DNA of 64,000 bases from NCBI GenBank assembly GCA_019310485.1, contig JAFDEF010000004.1, positions 35,890-99,889 on the forward strand, written 5' to 3'. The notes below the pieces were generated by a model. The model did not search any database. It saw nothing but the letters and a program-made list of their open reading frames with translations, and was not told where the DNA came from. Source of the DNA: Deltaproteobacteria bacterium (GTDB lineage: Bacteria > Desulfobacterota > DSM-4660 > Desulfatiglandales > HGW-15). Of the stretch, positions 18,064-26,466 are shown one piece after another. The first letter of the stretch is position 1. The number at the start of each line of letters is the position of its first letter. Made by a program: the position numbers and the translations under genes.

Positions 18064-18933
18064 ATGGAAATGGGAGTTTGGAAACGGAATTTAAAGTTAA
18101 TATTACATAACCCGATGGGTATGTTTGGGGTTGCGACTCTTTCGACATTCGCGTTGCTTGCCATTTTTGCCCCCCTTATCATGCCCTATGATCCCATGAA
18201 GTGCCAATACATTGACGGGGAGCTGGCAAGGCTGCAGCCTCCCAGTATGCACTTCTTGTTGGGCACAACCCATTTTGGCCGGGACGTTTTGAGCCAAGTG
18301 ATTATTGGCTCGAGGGTGGCTTTGATTGTAGGATCACTGGCGGCTATTTTTCTTACTTTTATTGGAACTAATATCGGTTTGGTCGCTGGCTATTGTGGTG
18401 GTCGCGTAGACAGCTTGCTTATGCGGCTCACAGACATTGCTTTTGGGATCCCTTTCATCCCCTTTGCTTTTCTTCTGATTGCTTTGGTAGGCCCTTCGAT
18501 CTGGAATATTATTATCGTGATATCCTTTCTCATGTGGCGGACCACAGCAAGGGTGATCCGTTCTCAAGTCCTGAGTTTGAAGGAGCGACCCTTTATTACA
18601 GCTGCAAAGGTAAGCGGGGCTAGTCACTTGAGGATTATGTATGTTCACATCTTGCCCAATGTATTACCTATGTCTTTCTTATATATCGCCCTGGGGATTG
18701 CCTGGTCCACGTTATCTGAGGCAAGTCTAAGCTTTTTGGGTATAGGGGATCCTAGGATGATCAGCTGGGGGCAAATGCTTTATTATGCCTTTATTACCGG
18801 ATCCGCGCGTACTGCTTGGTGGTACGTATTACCTCCCGGAATTTGTATAGCTCTCTTCGTGATATCGGCCTTCATGGTGGGGCAGGCTTACGAAGAAGTT
18901 GTGAACCCCCGATTGAGAAAAAGAAATTCCTAA
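18064..18933 (+). CDS. Dpp/Opp/Nik-type ABC permease (DppC/OppC-like)
   Basis: 289 aa. N-terminal OppC_N-like segment followed by a BPD_transp_1 core (RLTDIAFGIPFIPFAFLLIALVGPS...PFITAAKVSGAS). Confidence 0.9.
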   Translation: MEMGVWKRNLKLILHNPMGMFGVATLSTFALLAIFAPLIMPYDPMKCQYIDGELARLQPPSMHFLLGTTHFGRDVLSQVIIGSRVALIVGSLAAIFLTFIGTNIGLVAGYCGGRVDSLLMRLTDIAFGIPFIPFAFLLIALVGPSIWNIIIVISFLMWRTTARVIRSQVLSLKERPFITAAKVSGASHLRIMYVHILPNVLPMSFLYIALGIAWSTLSEASLSFLGIGDPRMISWGQMLYYAFITGSARTAWWYVLPPGICIALFVISAFMVGQAYEEVVNPRLRKRNS

Positions 18934-18935
18934 GC

Positions 18936-19985
18936 ATGCAAGCAGCGATCGAAAATGAAAACGAGATGCTTTTACAGGTCGATGACCTGAAAGTGGATTA
19001 CCAAATGGAGGGAGCGGTAGGCAGGGCAGTGGATGGGGTTTCCTTTGCCCTACGAAAAGGGGAGTGTATCGGCCTGGTTGGGGAATCAGGCTCAGGCAAG
19101 AGCACAATTGCCAAGGCAATTCTCAAATTACTTCCTTCCAATGGTGCACTGGCTGGGGGAAGAGTTATTCTCAAGGGCAGAGATATAAGCCATTTTACGG
19201 AAGAGGAGATGGATGCCATCCGTTGGGCAGAGATCTCACTGGTGCCACAGAGTGCCATGAACGCCTTGAATCCTGTTCAACGAATATCCAGCCAGATGGT
19301 AGAGACGTTCCTGGCTCATCAGGCTAAGGCCGATTCCAGAAAGACCTTACTGGATAAATGTCAGCAGCTTTTTGAAATGGTTGGTCTGAGTAGAAATCGG
19401 ATTTTTGATTATCCACACCAGTTCAGCGGCGGAATGAGACAAAGAGCCACTATCGCTATGGCTATTGCCCTTGAGCCATCTGTGGTAATTGCCGATGAGC
19501 CAACCACAGCCCTAGATGTCATTATGCAGGCCCAAATCATTAATTTGCTGAAATCCTTGAGTGAAGATAAGGGAGTTTCCATTATTCTGATTACCCATGA
19601 TATATCCATTGTTGCCCAGATATGTCAAAGGGTTGGGGTTATGTATGCAGGGCGTCTTGTGGAATCCGGTGACATCTTGAAGGTATTTAATAATCCTTTT
19701 CATCCGTATACGATGGGTTTGAAGGCCGCCTTTCCTACGATCAAGGAACTGAAAAAGACCCTCATCTCTATTCCGGGAAGTCCTCCCTTATTGACTAAAC
19801 GGCTAGAAGGCTGCTGCTTTTCGGATAGATGCCCCTTTTCTATTGAGCAATGCCAGAGGGTAATCCCGCACACCGTTACAATTAGAGAAGACCACTATGT
19901 GGCATGCCACCGTATTGAATATGCGGAGCGCTTCAGAAAAGAAATTATCGATATTTTTGGAACCAGGGTCAGGGGCCAGTCGTAA
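18936..19985 (+). CDS. Dpp/Opp-type ABC ATPase (DppD/OppD-like)
   Basis: ATG at 18936, immediately after the permease stop. Walker A GESGSGKST, signature FSGGMRQR, Walker B VVIADEPTTALD, and a C-terminal oligo_HPY-type extension. Confidence 0.9.
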   Translation: MQAAIENENEMLLQVDDLKVDYQMEGAVGRAVDGVSFALRKGECIGLVGESGSGKSTIAKAILKLLPSNGALAGGRVILKGRDISHFTEEEMDAIRWAEISLVPQSAMNALNPVQRISSQMVETFLAHQAKADSRKTLLDKCQQLFEMVGLSRNRIFDYPHQFSGGMRQRATIAMAIALEPSVVIADEPTTALDVIMQAQIINLLKSLSEDKGVSIILITHDISIVAQICQRVGVMYAGRLVESGDILKVFNNPFHPYTMGLKAAFPTIKELKKTLISIPGSPPLLTKRLEGCCFSDRCPFSIEQCQRVIPHTVTIREDHYVACHRIEYAERFRKEIIDIFGTRVRGQS

Positions 19986-20974
19986 TGATTGAGGTGAAGG
20001 ATCTTCAAAAGTCTTTTGCTGTGAAAGAAACTTTTTTCAGTGCTTTTACTTCACTTCTCAAAAAAAAAGAGAAACGGATAAGGGCGGTAAATGGCATTTC
20101 TTTTAGCATCCATGCTGGTGAGATCATGGGGGTGGCAGGGGAGAGTGGCTGTGGAAAAACAACCACTGCCATGCTACTCCTTGGTTTGTATCGTCCTTCG
20201 GGAGGAAAAGTGCTTTTTGAAGGGATGGATATTTCCTCTCTGAAAGGAACAGAACTAAGATATTTTCGCAGAAAGGCACAGCTCATTTTTCAGGATCCTT
20301 ATGAGTCGCTAAATCCCAGGTTCACTGTGTACCGAACTATTGAAGAACCATTAATCGTAAATCGCCTTCGACGCAAAAGCGAACGCAGAGAAAAGATCAT
20401 GAAAGCTATGGAAAAGGCTAAATTAATGCCTTTGGAGGCTTTTTGCGATAAATACCCGCACGAACTGAGTGGCGGCGAACGGCAAAGGGTGTGCATTGCC
20501 AGAGCAATTGTCCTGGAGCCCGTTCTTCTGATTGCGGATGAAGCCACTTCTATGCTGGATGTATCCATCCGGGCCGGTATCTTGGAAATTATTAAGGAGC
20601 TAACAGAAGAAATGAAAATGGCTACGCTTTATATTTCTCATGATATGTCTCTTTTGGGAAGTATATGCGACAAGATTGGAATAATGTACGCGGGGGAGAT
20701 AGTGGAAATTGGAAGGTCTGAAGATATTATCCAATCTCCCTTGCACCCCTATACCAGAGCTTTAATTGAAGCAGTTCCAGTTCCTGAATTTCGGCGGGCT
20801 AAACTCAAACTGAAAGCCATTGCCGGGGAGCCACCGGATTTGGTTAATCTCCCCAGAGGATGCAGTTTTCGACTGAGGTGCGAAAGGGCTATTAAGGCTT
20901 GCCGGACATCAAGGCCAAAGCTTTTCGAGGTGAAACAAGGTCACTTTGTGGCCTGCCATCAGGTGGGAGACTAA
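19985..20974 (+). CDS. Dpp/Opp-type ABC ATPase (DppF/OppF-like)
   Basis: TAATG stop/start overlap with the previous gene. GESGCGKTT, LSGGERQR, LLIADEATSMLD. Confidence 0.9.
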   Translation: MIEVKDLQKSFAVKETFFSAFTSLLKKKEKRIRAVNGISFSIHAGEIMGVAGESGCGKTTTAMLLLGLYRPSGGKVLFEGMDISSLKGTELRYFRRKAQLIFQDPYESLNPRFTVYRTIEEPLIVNRLRRKSERREKIMKAMEKAKLMPLEAFCDKYPHELSGGERQRVCIARAIVLEPVLLIADEATSMLDVSIRAGILEIIKELTEEMKMATLYISHDMSLLGSICDKIGIMYAGEIVEIGRSEDIIQSPLHPYTRALIEAVPVPEFRRAKLKLKAIAGEPPDLVNLPRGCSFRLRCERAIKACRTSRPKLFEVKQGHFVACHQVGD

Positions 20975-20976
20975 TC

Positions 20977-21948
20977 TTGGAGAGGAGATATATCGCAAGT
21001 CGGATAGCTCAAACCATCATTACGCTTTACGCGGTATTAACGCTGATGTGGGTCCTGTTTCGTCTTGTCCCCGGAGATCCTACAGCTATGTTCTTAAGCG
21101 GCCGATTGTCACCTGAAGATGTTGAGGCTATAAGAAAATTATGGGGGCTCGATCAGCCTTTACACGTCCAATATTTCAAATATATGAAAAATCTTTCCAT
21201 GGGTGATCTGGGAATATCCTTTTCCTACCGGGAGCCAGTGCTTAAGGTGATGCTTCCAGCCCTTTTCAATACATTAATTCTCATGATTCCTTCTATATTG
21301 ATGGCCATTGTAGTTGGCACTCTCATGGGCACCAATCTGGGATGGAAGAGGGGAAGCGCACGCGAGAGAATAGGGGTGGTGCTGTCCTTGTTTGTGCGGT
21401 CTTTTCCTGTGTTCCTAACCGGTATTATTGTTTTAATGATCTTTGTCCATCTGCTTGGGTGGTTTCCATTGGGAGGGATGAGGACCATTGGCGCATTTGG
21501 TCTTTCATGGTGGGAGCGATTTCTGGATGTGAGCCATCATTTGGCTTTACCCTTTGGGGTTGCATTTCTTTACTATGTTGGGGATGTCGTGGTTATATCA
21601 AGAACGAGCATGTTAGAAATGATAGGAGAAGAATTTCTCCAATTTGCCAAAGCACGAGGTCTATCCGACAAAAAGGTTAAAAAGATTGCAATGCGCAATG
21701 CCATTATCCCTGTTATTACTTACTCCACAATACTCATTGGTTTTGCTTTTGGTGGGCAGGTTTTGCTCGAAGTTGTCTTTGCTTGGCCGGGGGTTGGACG
21801 GCTAATGGTGAATTCCGTTCAGATACACGATTACCCGGTTGCTCAGGCAGCCTTTTTTCTCATGGCTACCGCCGTCATTATTGCCAATTTGCTGGTCGAC
21901 TTTTCTTATGGCTATCTTGATCCGCGGATTTCAATCCAAAAGCGCTAG
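20977..21948 (+). CDS. Dpp/Opp/Nik-type ABC permease (DppB/OppB-like)
   Basis: ORF 20899..21948. I prefer the in-frame TTG at 20977, after AGGTGGGAG (LERRYIASRIAQTIITLYAVLTLMWVLFRLVPGDP, the typical DppB N-terminus). Confidence 0.85.
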   Translation: MERRYIASRIAQTIITLYAVLTLMWVLFRLVPGDPTAMFLSGRLSPEDVEAIRKLWGLDQPLHVQYFKYMKNLSMGDLGISFSYREPVLKVMLPALFNTLILMIPSILMAIVVGTLMGTNLGWKRGSARERIGVVLSLFVRSFPVFLTGIIVLMIFVHLLGWFPLGGMRTIGAFGLSWWERFLDVSHHLALPFGVAFLYYVGDVVVISRTSMLEMIGEEFLQFAKARGLSDKKVKKIAMRNAIIPVITYSTILIGFAFGGQVLLEVVFAWPGVGRLMVNSVQIHDYPVAQAAFFLMATAVIIANLLVDFSYGYLDPRISIQKR

Positions 21949-21959
21949 CAGAAAAGGGA

Positions 21960-21980
21960 TTTGGGCCGCAAGGGCCCAAA
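21960..21980 (+). promoter_or_regulatory. Intercistronic GC-rich hairpin between the permease and the rdhA-like gene
   Basis: TTTGGGCC gcaag GGCCCAAA (8-bp stem), followed by GAGGAAG and the ATG at 21995. Confidence 0.4.
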
Positions 21981-21994
21981 GTAGAGGAAGCAAA

Positions 21995-23179
21995 ATGAAG
22001 AAGTTATCTCAACCCTATTACAAGAAATATATTACAAGCGAATTGAAACGTTTTGATGAAAGGCACACCGGATTCAGTCGAGCTGCTAAGCAGGGGGATA
22101 GGTATACGCAGATCTACAAAAACGGTGTCAAGAATATTGCAAGAAAGGAGCTCGGCAAGACCATCTTCGACCATTCCATGGCGGTGGCGTCAAAGAGCGT
22201 CGACCAAATCCTCCGTAAAACCGCTTATGCTAGGGAAGCAGTTCCGGCACAAAATAGAACTTTCCGCTTAAGGGATCCTGACCCTGTGGCCATGAGCAGG
22301 ATTGTCAAAGATGCGGGAAAGTGGTTCGGTGCTGATCTAGTAGGCGTGACCAAGCTCAATCGCTTATGGGTTTACACCCACTGGGGACTCCACAATGTTC
22401 GTTACACCAACGCGGCAAAAGAGGGAGACCCTGTGGATATTCCTTCACAGTATAAAAACGTTATAGTTATGGTTCACGAGATGGATTATGACGCGCTGGC
22501 CCGCAGTCCCCATCGAGAGCCCGCAACAAACATGGGGTATTCGCGGATGGCGTGGACAGCGACCATGCTAGCTACCTTCATCGGGGAACTTGGGTATGTT
22601 GCGATTCCATCAGGCAACGAGTTGGGGATCAATATCCCTTTTGCTGTGGATGCTGGATTGGGGGAAATGGGCCGTAACGGGCTTCTCATCACACGGGAGT
22701 TCGGACCGAGGGTGCGTATCAGCAAGGTTTTCACTGACCTGCCTCTAGCGCCCGATGCTCCCATTGACATCGGTGTTCAACGGTTTTGCGAGAAGTGTGG
22801 GCGTTGTGCCGAATCATGCCCTAGCCGAGCTATCATGTCCGGCGAAAGAACGGATAAGGCATGGGATGAGTCCAATTCGGAAGGTCTCCTTAAGTGGCCT
22901 GTTCGGGCTATGCGGTGTTTTGAATGGTGGGTGAAAAACGGCGGGGGATGTTCCGTGTGCATCCGGGTCTGTCCGTGGAATAAGCGTAACAACTTGATAC
23001 ACAAGTGCGTCAGGCAATTTGCGGAAAGGGATCTTTTCATCAAGCTTATCGTCCAGTTGGACAAGCTTGTAGGATTTGGTCGACAACGAAAAGAGCCGGG
23101 CTACGCCACTTGGCAGGATCCGTCTGTGACGCAGACAGGTCCCTCCCCAGAGAATGTTTTAGATGCCCATGGGTCATGA
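21995..23179 (+). CDS. Reductive dehalogenase (RdhA) family homologue, cytoplasmic type, paralogue 2
   Basis: ORF 21839..23179. I prefer the ATG at 21995 (MKKLSQPYYKKYITSELKRFDERHTGFSR), collinear with paralogue 1. FCEKCGRCAESCP ... CSVCIRVCPWNK. No TAT motif. Confidence 0.75.
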   Translation: MKKLSQPYYKKYITSELKRFDERHTGFSRAAKQGDRYTQIYKNGVKNIARKELGKTIFDHSMAVASKSVDQILRKTAYAREAVPAQNRTFRLRDPDPVAMSRIVKDAGKWFGADLVGVTKLNRLWVYTHWGLHNVRYTNAAKEGDPVDIPSQYKNVIVMVHEMDYDALARSPHREPATNMGYSRMAWTATMLATFIGELGYVAIPSGNELGINIPFAVDAGLGEMGRNGLLITREFGPRVRISKVFTDLPLAPDAPIDIGVQRFCEKCGRCAESCPSRAIMSGERTDKAWDESNSEGLLKWPVRAMRCFEWWVKNGGGCSVCIRVCPWNKRNNLIHKCVRQFAERDLFIKLIVQLDKLVGFGRQRKEPGYATWQDPSVTQTGPSPENVLDAHGS

Positions 23180-23309
23180 TGGGGGCCGAAAACCCAGGCT
23201 GACACTCGAATTTGAAAGAAAAGTTCTATGCCTGCAGAAAAACGTGGAATGAAGTATGATCTGGAGATTGACCTCGGATACCGATGATTATGAAAAGGAG
23301 AATATTATA

Positions 23310-24722
23310 ATGGAAAACAAAACAATTTTGTTGAAGGACGCGGACTTTGTGGTTAGGTACTCTTCCAGAGTAGATGCGTTCGCATCAGTGGTTATTCAAG
23401 GAAACTTGATCATCGAAGTGGGTGACAGCGAGGATCTCAAAGAGAAGTATCAATATGACGAGGTATACGATTGCAAGGGAAAGGTAGTCTTGCCAGGTTT
23501 AATTAACTCTCATACCCACTGTAATGAAACCATGATGAGAGGCTTGGGGCACCAGCTTAAGTTCCACGACTGGGTAGATAACGTTATCCTTCCCATCGGT
23601 GCCGCCATGGAAAACATGGATGAAAATTTGTATACATGTCTTGCCCAGATGACAGCCATGGAGGCGGTGGCCAGTGGTACCACGTCCATCATTGAACACA
23701 GTGTCAATTTTGGGAAAAGGCATGTATACACCATAGCGACAGCGTTGCAGGATTTTGGAATCAGAGGGGCTGTGGCCAAAGGGGCAGAGGATTTTTCGCC
23801 TCTGGACAGGGGCCACGTGGGCTCCATAGAGGAGGAGATCAGGGAGACGCAGGGATTCTTGGAGAGATGGAAAGTCCAGGGGAATGGCCTCATCAAGGCA
23901 TGGGTAGGGCCTTCGGGGATTGAGGGGAAGACCACGGGGGGATGTACTGGAGATCTGCTGAAGGAGCTTAAAAAGCTGGCGGATTCCTATGACACGCGGT
24001 ACCATACTCATTTAGCTGGAAATATCTGGGAGGTCGAGAATATTCGTAGGGAAAAAGGGATGGCCGGGAGTGTGGCCTTTGCAGATTCGCTGGGCATCCT
24101 GGATGAGAAGACTTCGCTTGCACACTGTATTTGGGTAAGTCATGGAGAGGATGAAATCCTAAGAAGGGCAAAGCCTCAGATTTGTCATTGTCCAAGCTGC
24201 AATCAAATCAATGGCCTTGGCATCATCCCATTGGTCGAGCTGCGCAAGCAGGGAACAGTTTGTGCAATTGGTACAGATGGGGCGCCCCAGAATGACTCCT
24301 TGGACATGTTTAGAGAGATGAGGCAGGCGGTCCTTTTGCAGAAGATCCGTGCCCTGGATCCAGACATCATGGGGCATCTTGATGCCTTTCAGATGGCTAC
24401 AGAGTCGGGCGCAAAGGTGCTAGGGATAGAAAACCTTGGCAAGATCGAACCGGGATATTTGGCCGATATCATTATCATCCAGCGTAAGGGAAACCTATTT
24501 CTTACGCCCATGTACGATCCTATCGATACCTTGGTCTATGCAGGCTCTGGAGGAAGAGACGTTGCCATGACAATGGTTAACGGCAGAGTGCTTTACAAAG
24601 ATGGGCAATTTAGGACGGTTGATGCGGAAAAGGTTATCTCCACGCTGAAGGAGGCAAGTAGCCTAATGCCGGTACCAGGGGATAGGTTTTCCTGTATTTA
24701 CAGCCCTGGGGCCGTGTTGTAG
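23310..24722 (+). CDS. Amidohydrolase-superfamily enzyme (ATZ/TRZ - SsnA - nucleobase deaminase-like)
   Basis: ATG at 23310 after AAAAGGAG. PGLINSHTHCNE (HxH metal ligands), YHTHLAG, HCIW, AIGTDGAPQND (Asp ligand). Confidence 0.8.
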   Translation: MENKTILLKDADFVVRYSSRVDAFASVVIQGNLIIEVGDSEDLKEKYQYDEVYDCKGKVVLPGLINSHTHCNETMMRGLGHQLKFHDWVDNVILPIGAAMENMDENLYTCLAQMTAMEAVASGTTSIIEHSVNFGKRHVYTIATALQDFGIRGAVAKGAEDFSPLDRGHVGSIEEEIRETQGFLERWKVQGNGLIKAWVGPSGIEGKTTGGCTGDLLKELKKLADSYDTRYHTHLAGNIWEVENIRREKGMAGSVAFADSLGILDEKTSLAHCIWVSHGEDEILRRAKPQICHCPSCNQINGLGIIPLVELRKQGTVCAIGTDGAPQNDSLDMFREMRQAVLLQKIRALDPDIMGHLDAFQMATESGAKVLGIENLGKIEPGYLADIIIIQRKGNLFLTPMYDPIDTLVYAGSGGRDVAMTMVNGRVLYKDGQFRTVDAEKVISTLKEASSLMPVPGDRFSCIYSPGAVL

Positions 24723-24980
24723 GCGAATGAGGGAAGCCCTGATAGGTATTGCCTTCAAAATCGGTTGGGATGAGATAGTTGTTGTCATTCAGTGTGATTC
24801 TGATAGCTTGAAGTTGACTGAGATCTCCCATCGGATCAGGCCATGAGGTCTTAACCCCGTTGTTGTCCACGCGGGCTTGAAGATCGAACTCCAGACGCAA
24901 GGCCAAGAAGCTGCCTACAATATGCCCTATACCGGACTCATCGCAGTGATGATAAATGGGGCGAACCTTCAGGATGGAAA

Positions 24981-26207
24981 GTGCTTTCTTTTCAGGAAGT
25001 CTCGGCCCTACCCCTGGTGGAGAATCCTGAAAAAAAAGTGAACAGGGCGCTGGATAACCCTATTGGTTCAGAGAAAATTGAAGAAATGGCCAGGCCGGGA
25101 ATGAAGGCCGTGGTGCTTTTCGATGACTGGCAGCGTCCCACCCCGGCTTACCTTGTTTTCCCCGAAATCCTTGGCAGGTTGAATGGGGCGGGGATACCTG
25201 ACAGCGACGTTACAGCGATCTGTGCACTTGAAACTCATCCGCCAATGTCACGCGAGGATATCCGCCGAAAAATAGGTAGAGTTTCTTACGAACGCCTCTT
25301 CCCACGGATTTTTAACCACGATGCTCGTTCTCCAGAAAACGTGGCCGTCGGCAAAAGTTCTTACGGCACCTTTGTCAGGGTTAACCCCTATGTCTTTGAG
25401 TCCGATTTAAGAATAGGTATCGGGACATGTGTTCCGCATCCCTGGGCTGGATTCGGAGGTGGCACAAAGCTTGTGATGCCTGGAGTTTGTGGGCAGGATA
25501 CAATAGCGCAGCACCACCTCAAATGGCTTCAGACCGGGGAAATAGGACCCGGGCGCATAGAGGGGAATCGGTTCCTGGAAGAACAGGAGGAAATAGCGGA
25601 AATAGTTGGCTTCGATTTCAAGATCGACTTCATTTTGAATGATGAGAAAGAGCCGGTAAAGATTTTTGCCGGAAATCCTGTAGAGGAACACAAAAAGGCA
25701 GCCATAGAGAGCTTGGAGTGCTGCAAGATTGATATTTCCGGCCAAAGCGATGTGAGCATTACTTCTGCATTTCCGCTCGAGAAGGGGTTACAATCTCTGA
25801 AAGGCCTGGGAACAGCAGTTAGGGCTACTAAAGTTGGAGGATACATTATCTGGATGGCGCCTCAGGAAGATGGGGAGAGATTGATTCCCATATGGGAAGA
25901 AGTGGCCAGTAAGAAGTCTGCCGCAGAGTACATGGAAGATCTTTTGTCAGGGAACTATCCACCAAAATGTGAACCACTTGGCATAAGCCTTTTAATTACT
26001 ATTCATTACCTGAAACAGATAACTAAGAAATTTTCGAGGATAGTACACGTTACCAAAGGTATCCCCATAAGGCTTGTTGAGGCAATGGGATTTTCATATG
26101 CAACTAGTATCGAAGAAGCGATCGATATTGTTCAAAAGGAAGTTCCTGAAGGTAATGTTTCAATTTTTCCTTCTGGTGGCAGCGTCTTCCCAGTCCTGAG
26201 CGATTAA
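24981..26207 (+). CDS. LarA-family (lactate racemase-like, nickel-pincer-nucleotide-dependent) racemase/epimerase homologue
   Basis: 408 aa. LDNPIGSEKIEEMARPG, FDDWQRPTP, ALETHPP and PHPWAGFGGGTKLVMPG align (from memory) with L. plantarum LarA LDNPIGSDKLEELARGK / SDHTRP / GFHRP(His108) / SHFFAGFSGGRK(His174, Lys184). GTG start. About 23 aa shorter at the N-terminus than that reference. Confidence 0.7.
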   Translation: MLSFQEVSALPLVENPEKKVNRALDNPIGSEKIEEMARPGMKAVVLFDDWQRPTPAYLVFPEILGRLNGAGIPDSDVTAICALETHPPMSREDIRRKIGRVSYERLFPRIFNHDARSPENVAVGKSSYGTFVRVNPYVFESDLRIGIGTCVPHPWAGFGGGTKLVMPGVCGQDTIAQHHLKWLQTGEIGPGRIEGNRFLEEQEEIAEIVGFDFKIDFILNDEKEPVKIFAGNPVEEHKKAAIESLECCKIDISGQSDVSITSAFPLEKGLQSLKGLGTAVRATKVGGYIIWMAPQEDGERLIPIWEEVASKKSAAEYMEDLLSGNYPPKCEPLGISLLITIHYLKQITKKFSRIVHVTKGIPIRLVEAMGFSYATSIEEAIDIVQKEVPEGNVSIFPSGGSVFPVLSD

Positions 26208-26466
26208 TCGCTTTGAGCGGTGGTATAGTCAAATAGCTCACAATCGGAAGAAAACAATAGTTTCACCTGAAAGGATGCTTATTACTCCATGACCTCATTT
26301 TATCCGTCAGGCTATATGACTTGGAAAGTGAGCCCCTCACGACCCATTTCCTCTAAGAAGTCTCCAATTTTCCTTCCATGAGCAGAGCTTGTTTTGACAT
26401 TTGGCACCGTCTTCTTTATATTCAAAATATTCAGGATTATTGAACATACTGTCCTTGAGGTTTGGT

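Noticed and set aside
24634-24906. 90-aa minus-strand ORF overlapping the amidohydrolase 3' end and the gap before the LarA-like gene.
   Set aside because: It overlaps a well-supported plus-strand gene by about 90 nt. It has no recognisable motif or RBS, and its composition looks like antisense translation.
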